Shown here: in pieces, positions 28,400 through 41,786 of the stretch
How the letters are laid out: each line of letters opens with the position of its first letter
Numbering within the stretch: the first letter of the stretch is position 1
NCBI GenBank assembly: GCA_951406725.2
Contig: OX597837.1
Coordinates: 20,956,001-21,020,000 of the forward strand
Source: Octopus vulgaris
Lineage: Eukaryota
Direction: 5' to 3'
Length of the DNA: 64,000 nt
Made by a program: the position numbers and the translations under genes
Notes under the pieces: generated by a model
Told to the model about the DNA's origin: nothing
The model's input: the letters and a program-made list of their open reading frames with translations, nothing else
Databases searched by the model: none

Positions 28400-29050
28400 G
28401 TTAGTTGCTTATTTTGTTACTAAACGTTTTACTAAAGCACCAACTTTGCATAGGTGGGTCGCTTTGTGTTGTTAGTGCCCGCCCTAGGGTCTGTAATCTC
28501 AAAATAATTGTTTCATGGCTGACCAAGCTGGAGCGCTTACTCTTCTGCTTTCTGTGGAAGGGTCATGTTCCACTCGTCAGAAGGTCCATCTGCTGTAAAC
28601 AGCCGCGCATGCCGTGGTTAATGATGCGCAGATTTGCGCTGAGGCTGCAGCATCTCCGACACTTTCTTAACAGTGAACAGGTGTGGCCGCCGTTTGTCAA
28701 GCAGGAGTTTTCGCAGCTCATCTCATTGAAAGAGCTACAGTCCTGGATCAAGCGTGAACCAAGAGAGGGCGCTTGAGACCTGGAGTGTCGGCAAGCACTC
28801 ACAGCTTTCTGTCAGCCGGGTAACGCGGTCGGTGGAAGTTCCGCCATAGAATTCTATAGGGGATTAGTGGCGGGTAACAGACGACGACGTCCTTGAGGAA
28901 ACTCTGGGTGTCGGGAGGGATCAATTAAATGGTCTTTTCCTGAGAACTTTCGGGCCAGGGCCTATGGATAGTTCCAGAAATTCCTGGCCTGGCAGTGCTA
29001 CCGGGAGTTCTGCCAGTTCGAGACAAGCTCTACAGACACGGAAGTGCTGT
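28400..29050 (+). mobile_element. L1/Tx1-like LINE fragment downstream of RT
   Basis: KLERLLFCFLWKGHVPLVRRSICC...MPWL motif typical of Tx1/L1 ORF2. Confidence 0.55.
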
Positions 29051-29131
29051 CAAACGGACATTATATATATACATTTACAAATGCACAAACAAGCGCGCAC
29101 ACACACACAGGCACACACAGACACAGACACA

Positions 29132-29199
<68 letters not shown>

Positions 29200-29559
29200 A
29201 TACCTACATATAAACATCAATTATGATCCTTTTCGGGAGTGTTGTATTCTTTTCCTCTGCTCTATCCCTTCTATTCCCAAGGGAGTTGTAGCTGCTTTTG
29301 GAACTGGGTAGCAAACTGTCTTTGAGATGAATAAATTGGCGTCGCTAACGTGGAAAAATTTGTTATTTATCAAAAGAGAGAATACATTACATTTCTTTAA
29401 GAAGTCGAGATATGTTTCTATGTTTGAAGAGAGCCTCTTCAAGCAAGATTGCTGGAAGGTGAGACCCTTCCAGTATTCAGTGTCCCAATCCCTTCGTAGC
29501 AAGGGTCCGGAGTAATCACCCACTTCGCTGCCTATAAATTCAGCCCTGCATTGAGCAGT

Positions 29560-31548
29560 GATTTAAATTCGAATATTCTATCAATACTTTCATTTCAACG
29601 TATAAAGCGGTCATCCAGATATCATTTCTAGTTCTCTTATATATTGGTAAAAGGAGTATCCATATTTTTGAAGCGATACTTGATGTATTATCAATTCTAG
29701 ATAATCTATAGCTAGGTTTGCAAAAACTGGGGCTGCTTTTATCCCCATCACAATTCAACTTTTCTGTTGGTAATAATTGGCATAAAACCAAAAGTAATTG
29801 TTCTGGAAGATAAATTTTAATGCTATAAATTCCTTGTTGATACACTTTGGTAATTCTTCTGGATAATTCTCCAACCAGAATTTGGTTGCTGTGTGGGATA
29901 GTCGTGTGGGATATCAATCAGCATACAGGCTCACAACATCAAAGGATAAGATAACTGTCTCTTTATTGATTGTTTTGGGGAGGTGGTTTAACATATCTAA
30001 ATTGTCTCTAATGAAGCTTTTGATATATTTCAGAAAGGGTTTTAGTAGGATGTCGAGAAAATTGCTTAAGCAGTGAGTTTCACATGATGGGCCAGCTATG
30101 ATAGGTTTTAATTATAAATCTCTTGGTGATTGGACGTTAATGCATATGTTTGATAATTCTTTCCAAGCTTCATGAATTTTTTTTCTGAAATATTTGGTAA
30201 AGCTTAGAAAAGACTAGATTTTTATTTCAAATTTGTTATATGATCGATTTCTTTGTCTGTCAAACTTTTCCGTATAGGTGAAGTAAGGACGAATGATGTT
30301 TCATTATTTTCTATTTCATAGTCAAACGTAAATAATGTAAATAATGTACATAATTCCTCATCTCTTAAATATAGAACTGTATTCAAAATGTTATCACAAA
30401 AATCAACGAGTGTTTTATTCCTACCTTTAGATGGAAAAAAATTGCTTTTGTTTTTAACAAATGACTCATCATTGTTATTATATTTAAACAATGCTTCTGT
30501 AAGTCGCAAATTTCTGCAAAATTCCTTTATGTTGTCTATGGTTTCATTTTGCAGGAGGTCGAGGTAAATAGTAATTGTTTTTGCTTGTATGTTAATTTTT
30601 GTTATTGAAAAAGTTTTCTGCGATAAATTTAATACTTTGTATTTCCCTGTATGTTCCAACGTGTGTCCGTTTCTCTGGGTCAAGAAACGTTTGTTGTAAT
30701 TGTTTTATTTATTTATTTATGCACGATTTCTGTGGCGTATGTGCCCCCACTCACCCCAGCTGGGCGGGATGCCATTTCTGTATGGGTTTTCATTCGTAAT
30801 TTCTTTTTTATAAAAAGGGTTATTGGAACTGTATTCTGTTTTGAACTGAGTTTCATAATGCACTGTTGTATCCTCTTTGGGGTAACAATTGGTCAGTATA
30901 TTAGTTGTTGAAGTTGAGAGAGCTTGGAACATAGTCAGGTGACAGGTACTTTTTTTTTCAAGAAATATTTCCTCAATATTGAAGGGAATATATTTCTTCA
31001 GATTCATAAGTTTCTTTCCATAGTTTGAGAACACTTTTCAAAAGATCTCCCTCGGTATCTTTAATGAGTTCGATATGCATTTCTTCATCAATGGTTTTAT
31101 AGTTTTGTTCATTGTTTGATTAGCTTAATTAATTAGCATATTTGATTAGCTTAATTAATTCAATTTCTATTTTCTTCCTTAGTTGTTCAGGTATTTCTGG
31201 AATTAGTTTCATCTGGATTTTGGGAGGAAGAGCTAATGGTGTTGAGTTCATATATTTCTTGTTATTATTTTTAATTATGTTCCAAAATGTGAATTTTCTC
31301 GCTTTTAATTTTTTGTTCCAAATATGGCTAATTCGGCTGTTAGTTAGATATGCTAATGTTGGTATAATTTTCATTATGTGTTTCATGTTTTTGGAATTTT
31401 TCTTTTTCAAATTATGTTTACAAAGATCAAATGTAAGATTGTGCATAATTGATCCAAATTTTGACCAACCTGTTCCGAAGGATGTCTTCCTTCTTCATTT
31501 TCTTTTGCTTCTCGGGTATAGGGATTTAATTCATCGATTTTGTTAATT
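29560..31548 (-). mobile_element. Degenerate Penelope-like retroelement ORF (RT), interrupted by the LTR element
   Basis: minus-strand KPIIAGPSCETHCLSNFLDILLKP, SFDVVSLY, MGIKAAPVFANL and YLDD motifs with stops and frameshifts. Confidence 0.8.
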
Positions 31549-31552
31549 AGTG

Positions 31553-34253
31553 TGTAGTGATCCTATACAACGGCGCGCGCTCGCGCACCGTCCATTTCTA
31601 TTTCGCGCGTGCCGGGTTGGTGCTTTCACCACCGGAAGTAGGACCATTTGCCTACGTGGCAGTTTAGCCGCGTGGCAGTTTAGCCGCGTGGCAGTTTAGC
31701 CGCGTGGAAGTTTAGCCGCGAGGCAGGGGAGCGTGAACCTTAAAGGGGTCCGGAGTGATAGCAGCAGCAGGCAGTGACTTGAGACACAGCCTTCGAAGGA
31801 ACAGGACGTGAATTCTTTCTCTCTCCGGACTTGATATAGCAGCAGCCTTTACCAAAAGACTTTTAGCCAGGATTTGTTGCCGACCACATTATTTTCTCTC
31901 CCTATTCGACGCCATCTTGGTTGTGTCGTTAGCATTTGAACACTGTAAATTCTACAGCGATAAAGTTCAGCTCTGACACATCCATACCAAGCGGAACCAG
32001 ATAAACCACTTATTTGTTACTGCCATAAGAGAATAAAGTAGATATATATTTTTTACGTCTGCGTCTTGTTGTTTCTGACTGGTAGAATCTGGATTATTAA
32101 AGCAACTGAAAGTGATTGCAGCTTCTTGCACCCAAACAGTGCAAGAGAAGACATTCACATTTCGTTACACTGGTGACCCCCGACGTGATTCTGGTCTAAA
32201 ACCAGAGATCACTTAACAACAAAGAAATCCAGTTTTTTCTGCCAAGTCCGAACACGATCAACTCTACGCATTCATCTTTCGACGATTTGTTTCCGGTCCC
32301 CTCAAACAGTTATAGAAGGAGCCTTTTTCTTATTCTTCAGCAATAATGACGGACGCCATCATATCATCGATGCCGTTTCTCTACCGTCATCGCCATCGTC
32401 GTCTTAGAACTTCACGTCGTCGCTATCTTCGTCGCCAACACCACTAAGAACAATGTGTCTCAAGTCCACCACAGTCGCCTCCACCACCGTCGCCTTTCAA
32501 CACCGTCGACCTCAACAAGATGTAAATAGCAACTCGCGGAAGTTTAGCTTTCACGCTGTTCGTGCATAGTATACCAAGAATTAACAGCACAGTCTACCTG
32601 CGAGATCTTCTGTAACGATTTAACCCGTCACAGCATCGAAGCTACATCCGCTACACGATATGTGTTCAATCGGCATCTGCATTTGTGATTTCAACATTCT
32701 GTTACAGAACGAACTGCTATTGTGTATCAGGCTATTACGGACTGGTAAACTAACTCCATCTTGTCTGAAATAGCCCTGAGAGACTTTTTTCCTATGCGCT
32801 GTGTTTTTATTTTTGCTCGCATTCACCTTGTTTGTATTTCTGTCGCACACTCGTACACACACATAAATGCTATCTCTCTCACATACATACGTCACACATG
32901 CTTTTCTCGCTTGTTTTTCCATGCTAAATTTGCCTTTGTGGACACACCTCATTTCTGTAAGACCCTAGGGGTCACGTATACATAGAGAGGGTTGTTTGTC
33001 CATTATAACGCGCCAGCATGTCACACTTTTGTTCCTGCACGAACGAGGCATATTCATTGCTGTTTTTCGGTCTGGCAAGCCCTATTTCATTCATGCACCT
33101 TTGCTCTGCACGTGTACTGCCTTGTTTTTGCAACACGTTTGCGTTAGCTTAATTCTTTTCCCGACTCAAAGAACGTCGGATGTTCACATGCGCTGCGCCA
33201 TGTTTTAGGCGTAATTTTTCCCTGTTAGACCCCTGTTGGTCACGTAATTAACAGAGAGAATTATCTGTCTCGCGCATCACACCAGCATGCTTGCACTGTC
33301 GCCTTTTGTGTTACTGGCGATCTATCTGTCGATTCCATTTCCTCTCCTGCAGCAATTGACTTAACTGCTATTTCGCAGGATCAACTACCTTTAGAGGAGT
33401 TGGATTTAACTTCGCCTAGGTTCATTAACTGTGAGTTTGCTTTCCTTCCACTCCCACCACAGCGGAAGGCTCTATACTTTGTGACGTATCCACTTTCACG
33501 CATGCACTTTGATTTTTGCTCATTTTGAGTATTTTTTCTCTTTTTTCCTTTTTGGTAAATTTCTTGTGTATGATGTAAATTTTGCCATTTTTATTATATT
33601 GTGTGCTATTTGGTTATCTGGTGTCCACCTTGAGTTTTATAGTCACTACAAGGAATTTTGTGTCGTGCTTCGCACTGGGGCGGAGCTTTGTAGTGATCCT
33701 ATACAACGGCGCGCGCTCGCGCACCGTCCATTTCTATTTCGCGCGTGCCGGGTTGGTGCTTTCACCACCGGAAGTAGGACCATTTGCCTACGTGGCAGTT
33801 TAGCCGCGAGGCAGGGGAGCGTGAACCTTAAAGGGGTCCGGAGTGATAGCAGCAGCAGGCAGTGACTTGAGACACAGCCTTCGAAGGAACAGGACGTGAA
33901 TTCTTTTCTCTCCGGACTTGATATAGCAGCAGCCTTTACCAAAAGACTTTTAGCCAGGATTTGTTGCCGACCACATTATTTTCTCTCCCTATTCGACGCC
34001 ATCTTGGTTGTGTCGTTAGCATTTGAACACTGTAAATTCTACAGCGATAAAGTTCAGCTCTGACACATCCATACCAAGCGGAACCAGATAAACCACTTAT
34101 TTGTTAGTGCCATAAGAGAATAAAGTAGATATATATTTTTTACGTCTGCGTCTTGTTGTTTCTGACTGGTAGAATCTGGATTATTAAAGCAACGGATAGT
34201 GATTGAACCAACTGCACCCAAAAAGTGCAGAGAGATATTTCACTGTCGTTACA
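31553..34253 (+). mobile_element. Non-autonomous LTR retrotransposon (Gypsy-like)
   Basis: LTRs 31553-32169 and 33689-34253, both TG...CA; 4-bp TSD AGTG (31549-31552 and 34254-34257); PBS TGGTGACCCC(C)GACGTGATT complementary to the tRNA-Trp 3' end at 32171; G-rich tract before the 3' LTR; no recognisable gag/pol. Confidence 0.9.
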
Positions 34254-34809
34254 AGTGTGACCAGATCTGAGTTAATTTCTTTTAATTCCCTCAGAATGTC
34301 TTCGTTACTAATTTTATCTAATGTGTTACACACACGCACGCATATACACACAAACACACACACAACGGGCTTCTTTCAGTTTCCATTCACTAAATCTCGT
34401 CACAGAGCTTTGATCTGCCCAGAACTCCAATGGGAAACACTTGCCCAAAAAGCCACGCAGGGGGATTGAACCCAAGACAATATATATGCAAAAAAAGCTT
34501 CTTAACCACCCAGCCACGCACGTGCCCACGTGAGGATATGGGACCGAGTATTATCAAAATTGAATCATAGATTCATTGGACACATGTCAAGATCAGTTAG
34601 GCACGCCGGGCGAAATGCGTAGCCGTATTTCGTTTGCCGTTACGTTCTGAGTTCAAATTCCGCCGAGGTCGACTTTGCCTTTCATCCTTTCGGGGTAGAT
34701 AAATTAAGTACCAGTTACGCACTGGGGCCGATGTAATTGACTTAATCCGTTTGTCTGTCCTTGTTTGTCCCCTCTATGTTTAGCCCCTTGTGGGTAATAA
34801 AGAAACAGA

Positions 34810-35660
34810 TATCGCCACCAGGATTGGTATCCGCTCTTCATCCCCCATTGTTTTGACTCCTCACTAAAATCAGTCTGATTTCTATAAACAAAATCGTCCG
34901 CCGATGTAATAGGGCCGCCGGAGTTAGAGCGTCGCCCGAGTTTTTTTTAGCACCGCGATGCTACAAATGCATGGACTCGCCATTACACTCTCACCATCTG
35001 AGTAATTCATTCAATATGCGTTCACCATTTTTTTATCACTACGCACGCGCGCGAGCACAATGATTGTGAAGTAAACCATGACATAATATACTGACATAAA
35101 ACCAAAGACCGTCACAGATTCGTCATCGGTTCTCAAATGAAAGCAAGTTCGCTTGAGGAGTAGAAGAAACGCAACACAAACACAAAATATAAAAGGCATA
35201 GATAGTAAACGAGAATGTTTTGAGATGGAATTTAAGTATGGAGATCGGCTTCCATAAAAAACAATATCGTTTTATTAAACACGAAGTTACACCATGTTTA
35301 TTGTGACGTTGCTCTTACGTCAAGGATATGGAATAGAAATAATGATTTCAGGAGACCTTTAACCAATTCTCTTCGTTCTTGTCATTCCTCATCTTCAACT
35401 AATTCTTTTTGAATTTGTCGTTCTTTATTTTCAACTAGTTTTACTAAAGGTATCGGCTACTAAACTCATTTTTTATCGTATTTTATTGATGTATTTCTCC
35501 GCTTGACGATTGTTTGTGTGTATTGTAAGTTATTCATTTTAAATTATTGTCATTCTAGCCTGAAATAATTTCAATTATTAAATACAATCATCATTTAAGT
35601 TTGAGGATTTTATTGATCCGCGTTTACCAATAATCAATTTGGCAAGAGTTGAAAGTTGAG
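34810..35660 (+). promoter_or_regulatory. Candidate promoter / first non-coding exon region of gene B
   Basis: non-repetitive, locally CpG-rich (gggccgccgg, acgcgcgcg); CRE-like TGACGT and TTACGTCA at 35304-35322; possible donor gag/gtacgt at 35661. Confidence 0.35.
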
Positions 35661-36444
35661 GTACGTTGGTGCGCTATGAAGAGTGTAGCATTTCGTCCGT
35701 CTTTACGTTCTGAGTTCAAATTCTGCCGAGGTCGACTTTGCCTTTCATTCTTTTTGAGGTTGATAAAACAAGTACCAGTAAATCTGGAGGCACAATGGCC
35801 CAGTGGTTAGGGCAGCGGACTCGCGGTCGTAGGATCGCGGTTTCGATTCCCAAAGACCGGGCGTTGTGAGTGTTTATTGAGCGAAAACACCTAAAGCTCC
35901 ACGATGCTCCGGCAGGGATGGTGGTGATCCCTGCTGTACTCTTTCACCACAACTTTCTCTCACTCTTACTTCCTGTTTCTGTTGTACCTATATTTCAAAG
36001 GGCCGGCCTTGTCACTCTCTGTGTCACGATGAATATCCCCGAGAACACGTGTCTGTGGAGTGCTCAGCCACTTACACGTTAATTTCACGAGCAGGCTGTT
36101 CCGTTGATCGGATCAACCGGAACCCTCGTCGTTGTAACCGACGGAGTGCTTCCATCACCACTAGTAAAGCACTGGGGTTGATGTAATCGACTTACCCCCT
36201 CCCTTGAAATTGCTGACCTTGTGCCGAAATTTGAATTCAATATCTAACGTAAATTAAAAAAAAGCGTCCTGTTCTAAATGTTAGGTATTTCTTTTCAAAA
36301 TGCATTTAGCTGATCTTTTTCTTCTAATTTTAATGATTTCTTTTAATTAATTATGAATAATTATAAACCCAGAATAGAGTGTGGTACGTTAGCGTGCTGT
36401 TTACAGCAGCATCCTTAGTCTACGCTGAGAAATAATTATATCTG

Positions 36445-36695
36445 GATTAGGATTGGGTTTAGTGTTAAGAGACTGGGGTTAGGTTTACTGTTGAGGGTTA
36501 GGGTCAGATTACGGTTTAAGGTTGGGTTATAGTTAGCGTTAAGGGCTTAGGTTTAGGGTTAGAGTTTAGGGTTAAGGTTTAGGGTAGGGCTGGATTTAAG
36601 GTTAAGATTTAGGGTTAGGATTAAGGTTTAAGGTTAGATTTAGAATTTAGGGTTAGGGTTTAAGGTTAAGTTTAGGGTTTAAAGTAAGGGTTAAA
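36445..36695 (+). repeat. Degenerate interstitial (TTAGGG)n-like array
   Basis: ttaggg/ttaagg/tttagg hexamer variants over ~250 nt. Confidence 0.8.
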
Positions 36696-37351
36696 CTACA
36701 CGCTAAACTGAATGACAAAAAATAGAATCTACGTTATGAGTAAATGAATGAAAGAGATACAAGTTATGCATGGCTGAAAGATGGTACATTCATTTTTAGA
36801 TCAAAGAATTCAACCACATTGCATAATTCCAGGTCCGAAATTTTTAGCAAATGCAAGCATATGGACAAATTTCTTTTGTCGAATTGGAGGATTGAGTAGC
36901 TATATTATTCTTCGTTATATTATTCTATAACAGATTAATTACGATTTCTCCACACAAAGAGTATAACGATCTTAGTTTTCTTTCCTGTTTTCTCGTTCCA
37001 CTTTTTACATCAACCTTCTTCGCATTTTCCTCCTTTTATTTTCTCATATTTTCTCATCGACCCGCGTCCTGGTTTCCAAATAGGTCTAACAGTATGCAAC
37101 AAACCTGAAAAACTGCTCAAAGATATATGGCATGTCATATATATCTAACAAATTATTGTATCTCTACAACATGAAACTATTAATAGATCTTTTCTAAATT
37201 CTGTGTATATTAAATGATAGTTATCTCGCATTGGGTAGAGCACTATTTTTTATCTTACCTATAACGAAACAGAAAATTATATATATCCATACATACATGC
37301 ACACAGACACACACACACACATCATTACGCCTCACACACACACACATATAT

Positions 37352-37375
37352 ATAGGATAATCCATTCACCCATTG

Positions 37376-37441
<66 letters not shown>

Positions 37442-37465
37442 CAATGGGTGAATGGATTATCCTAT
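37352..37465. repeat. Palindrome: 27-nt arms around (TA)n
   Basis: ataggataatccattcacccattgaaa (TA)n tttcaatgggtgaatggattatcctat. Confidence 0.9.
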
Positions 37466-37620
37466 GTTTACCGTTAACATGGAAAATTCAATGAACCGTT
37501 ACCAGGGTAGCAAATTCACGTCAGAAACACGTTTTTTTTTAAATACTTAACGTTCTGTTTATCATGTAGGCAGTCATCGTAATTGTTATAATGTCTTATT
37601 GTTGAGAGAGGCTCTCTTTC

Positions 37621-37700
37621 TTTCCAGATGAGAAGATTGCATTTTACACGGTTTATTCCTTTGGAATAAAACCTTGTTGTCTTCGAAACATATGTCGAAA
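37621..37700 (+). ncRNA. Hammerhead ribozyme motif with U4->A core variant
   Basis: tttc CAGATGA gaagat..gtcttc GAAA catatg TC gaaa. Confidence 0.6.
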
Positions 37701-37924
37701 TTAAAAGAATTTTATTAACATCTTCGTTCAACTCCATTTATTTAATTATTCATTTATATATATATATATTTTTATATATATATATATATGTATATAAGAA
37801 AAAATGGGGTTAAAAATCCTGGCAGATATCAATTAAGCACTTACTCTAAAGGAATAAAGATTTTTAAACTGTGATCTACAATAAAGACATGGTTTTCTTC
37901 GTGCATATTATTTGCTTTTATGTG

Positions 37925-37975
<51 letters not shown>

Positions 37976-38036
37976 TATAATATCTGGAACATTTATAGGA
38001 TTTTCTAGTTTAATTGGATGCCTCTACCCAAGAATC

Positions 38037-38095
38037 ATGACTACTGTAGATGATTACGCTCAAAATCTGTTGGCAAAGTCGGATCTTGGAAGCCT
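38037..38095 (+). CDS. Gene B (CEP63/DEUP1-like) first coding exon, MTTVDDYAQNLLAKSDLGS
   Basis: exon acceptor tttatag ends 37998, ATG at 38037, gtaagt donor at 38096, phase 2 fits the next exon. Confidence 0.75.
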
Positions 38096-39432
38096 GTAAG
38101 TATTTTATTAAATATTTTTATTGCCTTATTTACATAGATTTATCGAATAAATAACAAGTGATGGAGGTTTGTTGAAACCAGAATAAACCTGTAAAACCCG
38201 CATAAGAGTAAATGATAATATTTTGACTTATTTAAATTTTGCACGTAATGTTTTTCTCTCCCACCATCTCTCTCTCTCTTTCTCTCTCCGAATTATCATC
38301 CATGAATTTGGAATCCAGAAACTTTCTTTTTATTAGTAAATTTGAAAAAAAGGGGGCAGTGCTTATGTTTCTCTTAGACCCATTCTAATATTGGTGAATA
38401 GAGGAAATTGGATGAGGTTAAATGTAGTTAATATTCCGTTGAAACTACCGGTTCTCTGTGCTGGAAGAAAAAATACATACCTATGGGTTCCACAGGGGTT
38501 TGTACATACCTATGGACTTCCGCAGGGGTTTGTATTGTCACCTCTCCTTTTCATATTTTTTATGAACTTTGATGAACGTGCACAGCCATTATGGAAGCGA
38601 TATGACAACAAGTTGAGGTAGGACAGTAGGATAATACATGCACAAATGCGCCAGCTCCAGCATTCGATCCTCAGAAGCGAAGTCGGTCAAAGGAAGCTAA
38701 ATATGCCTTCTTCACTTTGGTTTTGTGCTTATCCCTACCTATGGTCATAGATATTGGGTACAGATTGAAAGAGTACGATTTGAAATGAGGTTCCTCTAAA
38801 GGGTTTCTGGAGTAATCTTACTCGACAGGGTGCATAACTTTGAGATCATAAGATCATAGAGTCACTCCAGGTCAAGCTACTACATTTCCTTACTGAGAGG
38901 TCACACTCGGACAAGTGATTAGAAAGTCAGAAGAAAGAATTGCAAGACAGATTCTTCAACATGAGACAGCCAGTAGAAAACCTGGGGCAGGCCAAAATTG
39001 TAATGGTTGAATAATATCTAAAGTTTCAATAGGTCATGCTCAGAAATCCAATCACAAAGTCTAACGATGGCTATTTCTGGTAGGACCCTTTGCAGGGGTT
39101 GCTTGATGACTACCTCCTCAACCTTCCCAGGAAATGTGAGCGGAGAAGATAAATGGATGTCCAGTAATCGATCAACTGATTCATTTGGTCTTTCACGTGA
39201 GATTGTAGAGATTGTACAAAGAGTAAGTTTTATTAATATCTATAGAACCTTCAGTCCATTCTCTGACTGAAATTTGGGATAAAAAAGGATCTTAACATGT
39301 TCTAAGAAACAAAAGCAACTCCAAGATACATTTTAGGGTTAGCCAAAATAAAACACCTGCGAAATAATACTTTGGATTTTGCATGGTAAACTAAGTTTTA
39401 CTCCTCTCGCTTTCTCTTCTATTCCCTTTCAG

Positions 39433-39625
39433 AATCTTAAACGAAGGCATGTTGATGACGACCTGTAACGAAGAAGTACGAGAGTGTCTTCGCCAGCTCG
39501 ATATACTGGTTGATAATCGAGAGCTTGACCTGAAGAAACAACTTGCTGATGTTTATAAGCACTTTAAAGCAATAACGAGACAATGTCATCAACAGGCTAC
39601 AACTGTTAAGGAGAAATCTAAGCAG
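39433..39625 (+). CDS. CEP63: Gene B exon with CEP63/DEUP1 N-terminal motif, ILNEGMLMTTCNEEVRECLRQLDILVDNRELDLKKQL...KEKSKQ
   Basis: tttcag / gtctgt, 193 nt. LMTTCNEEVRECLRQLDILV resembles vertebrate CEP63 [20 protein letters not shown] and DEUP1 [16 protein letters not shown] (recalled). The symbol denotes family, not proven orthology. Confidence 0.8.
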
Positions 39626-39852
39626 GTCTGTCACTTTCGTTACCAAATTTTCATCTATAAAGATTTTGTTGTCAATAAGTTGTTATATAGGCGCAGGAGT
39701 GGCTGTGTGGTAAGTAGCTTACTTACCAACCACATGGTTCCGGGTTCATTCCCACTGCGTGGCACATTGGGCATGTGTCTTCTACTATAGCCTCGGGCCG
39801 ACCAAAGCCTTGTGAGTGGTAGACGGAAACTGAAAGAATCCCGTCGTATATA

Positions 39853-39912
<60 letters not shown>

Positions 39913-41647
39913 TGTGTGTGTGTGTGTTTGTGTGTCTGTGTTTGTCCCCCCAACATTGCTTGATGCTGGTGTGTTAACATTCCCCGTAACTTAGCGGTTC
40001 GGCAAAAGAGACCGATAGAATAAGTATTAAGCTTACAAAGAATAATCCTGGGGTCGATTTGCCCGACTAAAGGCGGTGCTCCAGCATGGCCGCAGTCAAA
40101 TGACTGAAACAAGTAAAAGAGTAAAAGAGATATAACAACTCATAGATGTTGGGTATAAACTGAAAGAGTACAGTCACGAATACAAATGGCTGAAATGGTG
40201 TTCCTCCGAAGGGTTTCCGAAATAGTATTACTCTTCAGGGTGCATAGCTTTGGGATCAGGGAATCTCTCCAGATCAAGCCACTACTTTTCCATACAAAGA
40301 GATCACAGTTCCTGTACTACGGGCATGTGATTAGAAAGGCACAGGAAAAAATTGCTAGACAGATTCTTCAGGATGCGGCATTCAGTAGAAGACCTAGGAG
40401 TGGGCCAAAAAAAGAAAAGGTTGGAAAATATCTAAAGTTTCAATTGGTCATTCATGGAAATTCAACCAGAACATCGAGCGAAAAAAAAGCAATAGTTGAA
40501 GCTATATAACAACTCCAATATTTGTCACATAACAGCTCAGTATTCACATCACTCCACTTCACTCAGCTAGCAAAAATGAGTGGCAAAGGAAGTCTCATTG
40601 AAGTAAACATCTTCCTACTACAGCGGTTCTCAACAATGATGGACCATCGGACAAAACACTTAGTGGCATTTCTTCCGGTCTTTTATATTTTGAGCTCAAA
40701 TACCGCCAAGGTCAACTTTGCCTTTCATTCTTTCGTAGTTGATAAAATAAGTACTAGTGAATTACTGGGGAAGGGGGTCAGTGGTATCGACTTAACCCTC
40801 CCTTCAAAATTGCTGGCCTTCGACCAAACTTAGACATCCGAAATTCGGAGTTTTATTATGGCTACCGAATAATTGTCACATATCATATTTACAGATAAAT
40901 TCCTCTATTTACATAATATCAAGGTCTCTTTCATTCTTTTGTTGTCTTACCATTTCTATCAATATATAGATATATATCACGTGATCGCGTGACCGACCAG
41001 GCTATCAGATGTTGCTACACATCGCTGGTCACAATGCGCTTCGCATTGTTTTAGCCTTCAAATGACGCCACCCCGCTGGGTGGCGAACAGAAGAAAGAGT
41101 GAGAGAAAGTTGTGGCGAAAGAGTACAGCAGGGGGAGCTTTAAGTGTTTTCGCTCAATAAACACTTACAACGCCCGGTCTGGGAATCGAAACCGTGATCC
41201 TACGACCACGAGTCCGCTGCCCTAACCACTGGGCCATTGCGCCTCCACACACACACACACACACTCACACATATTTTCCAAATACGCCAGCTAAGCTAAG
41301 TTGAACTGTCTAAAATCGAAAGACACCTGTTGTTTTTGTCCTGTTATTATTATTATTATTGTTTTTTGTATTTATATTCGTGTGGCATCGTCCGTTTTTC
41401 TGTCCTTGTTTCGTATACATTCGAGCCTTTTTCCAAGAAATCTAATGCTCGTAGCTTAGTTTTTCCTTGGGGCTGGCCGGATCGGAGCGATCTCAAGATT
41501 AATCAGCCGAAATTGCGAGGATGATCCGGTTCTTGACTGAAGATTAGAGGCTTCGAATGACCCGTCCGTTTTTTTGTGTCGTCTATTTGAATGTTTTGCG
41601 TTCATGTCCCATTTTGTATTTTTATATATATTTTATATGTATATATG

Positions 41648-41689
<42 letters not shown>

Positions 41690-41701
41690 TGTGTATATAT
41701 A

Positions 41702-41784
<83 letters not shown>

Positions 41785-41786
<2 letters not shown>

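Noticed and set aside
31655-31720. Regular 16-nt repeats (CRISPR-like?)
   Set aside because: Head-to-tail with no spacers, inside an LTR, eukaryotic context, no cas genes
32620-33942. ORFs inside the LTR element
   Set aside because: No gag, protease, RT or integrase motifs; short and overlapping on both strands
34295-34330. Good acceptor (ttccctcag) as a possible terminal exon of gene A
   Set aside because: Lies in the apparent continuation of the Penelope relic beyond the LTR TSD and runs into a SINE; no independent support
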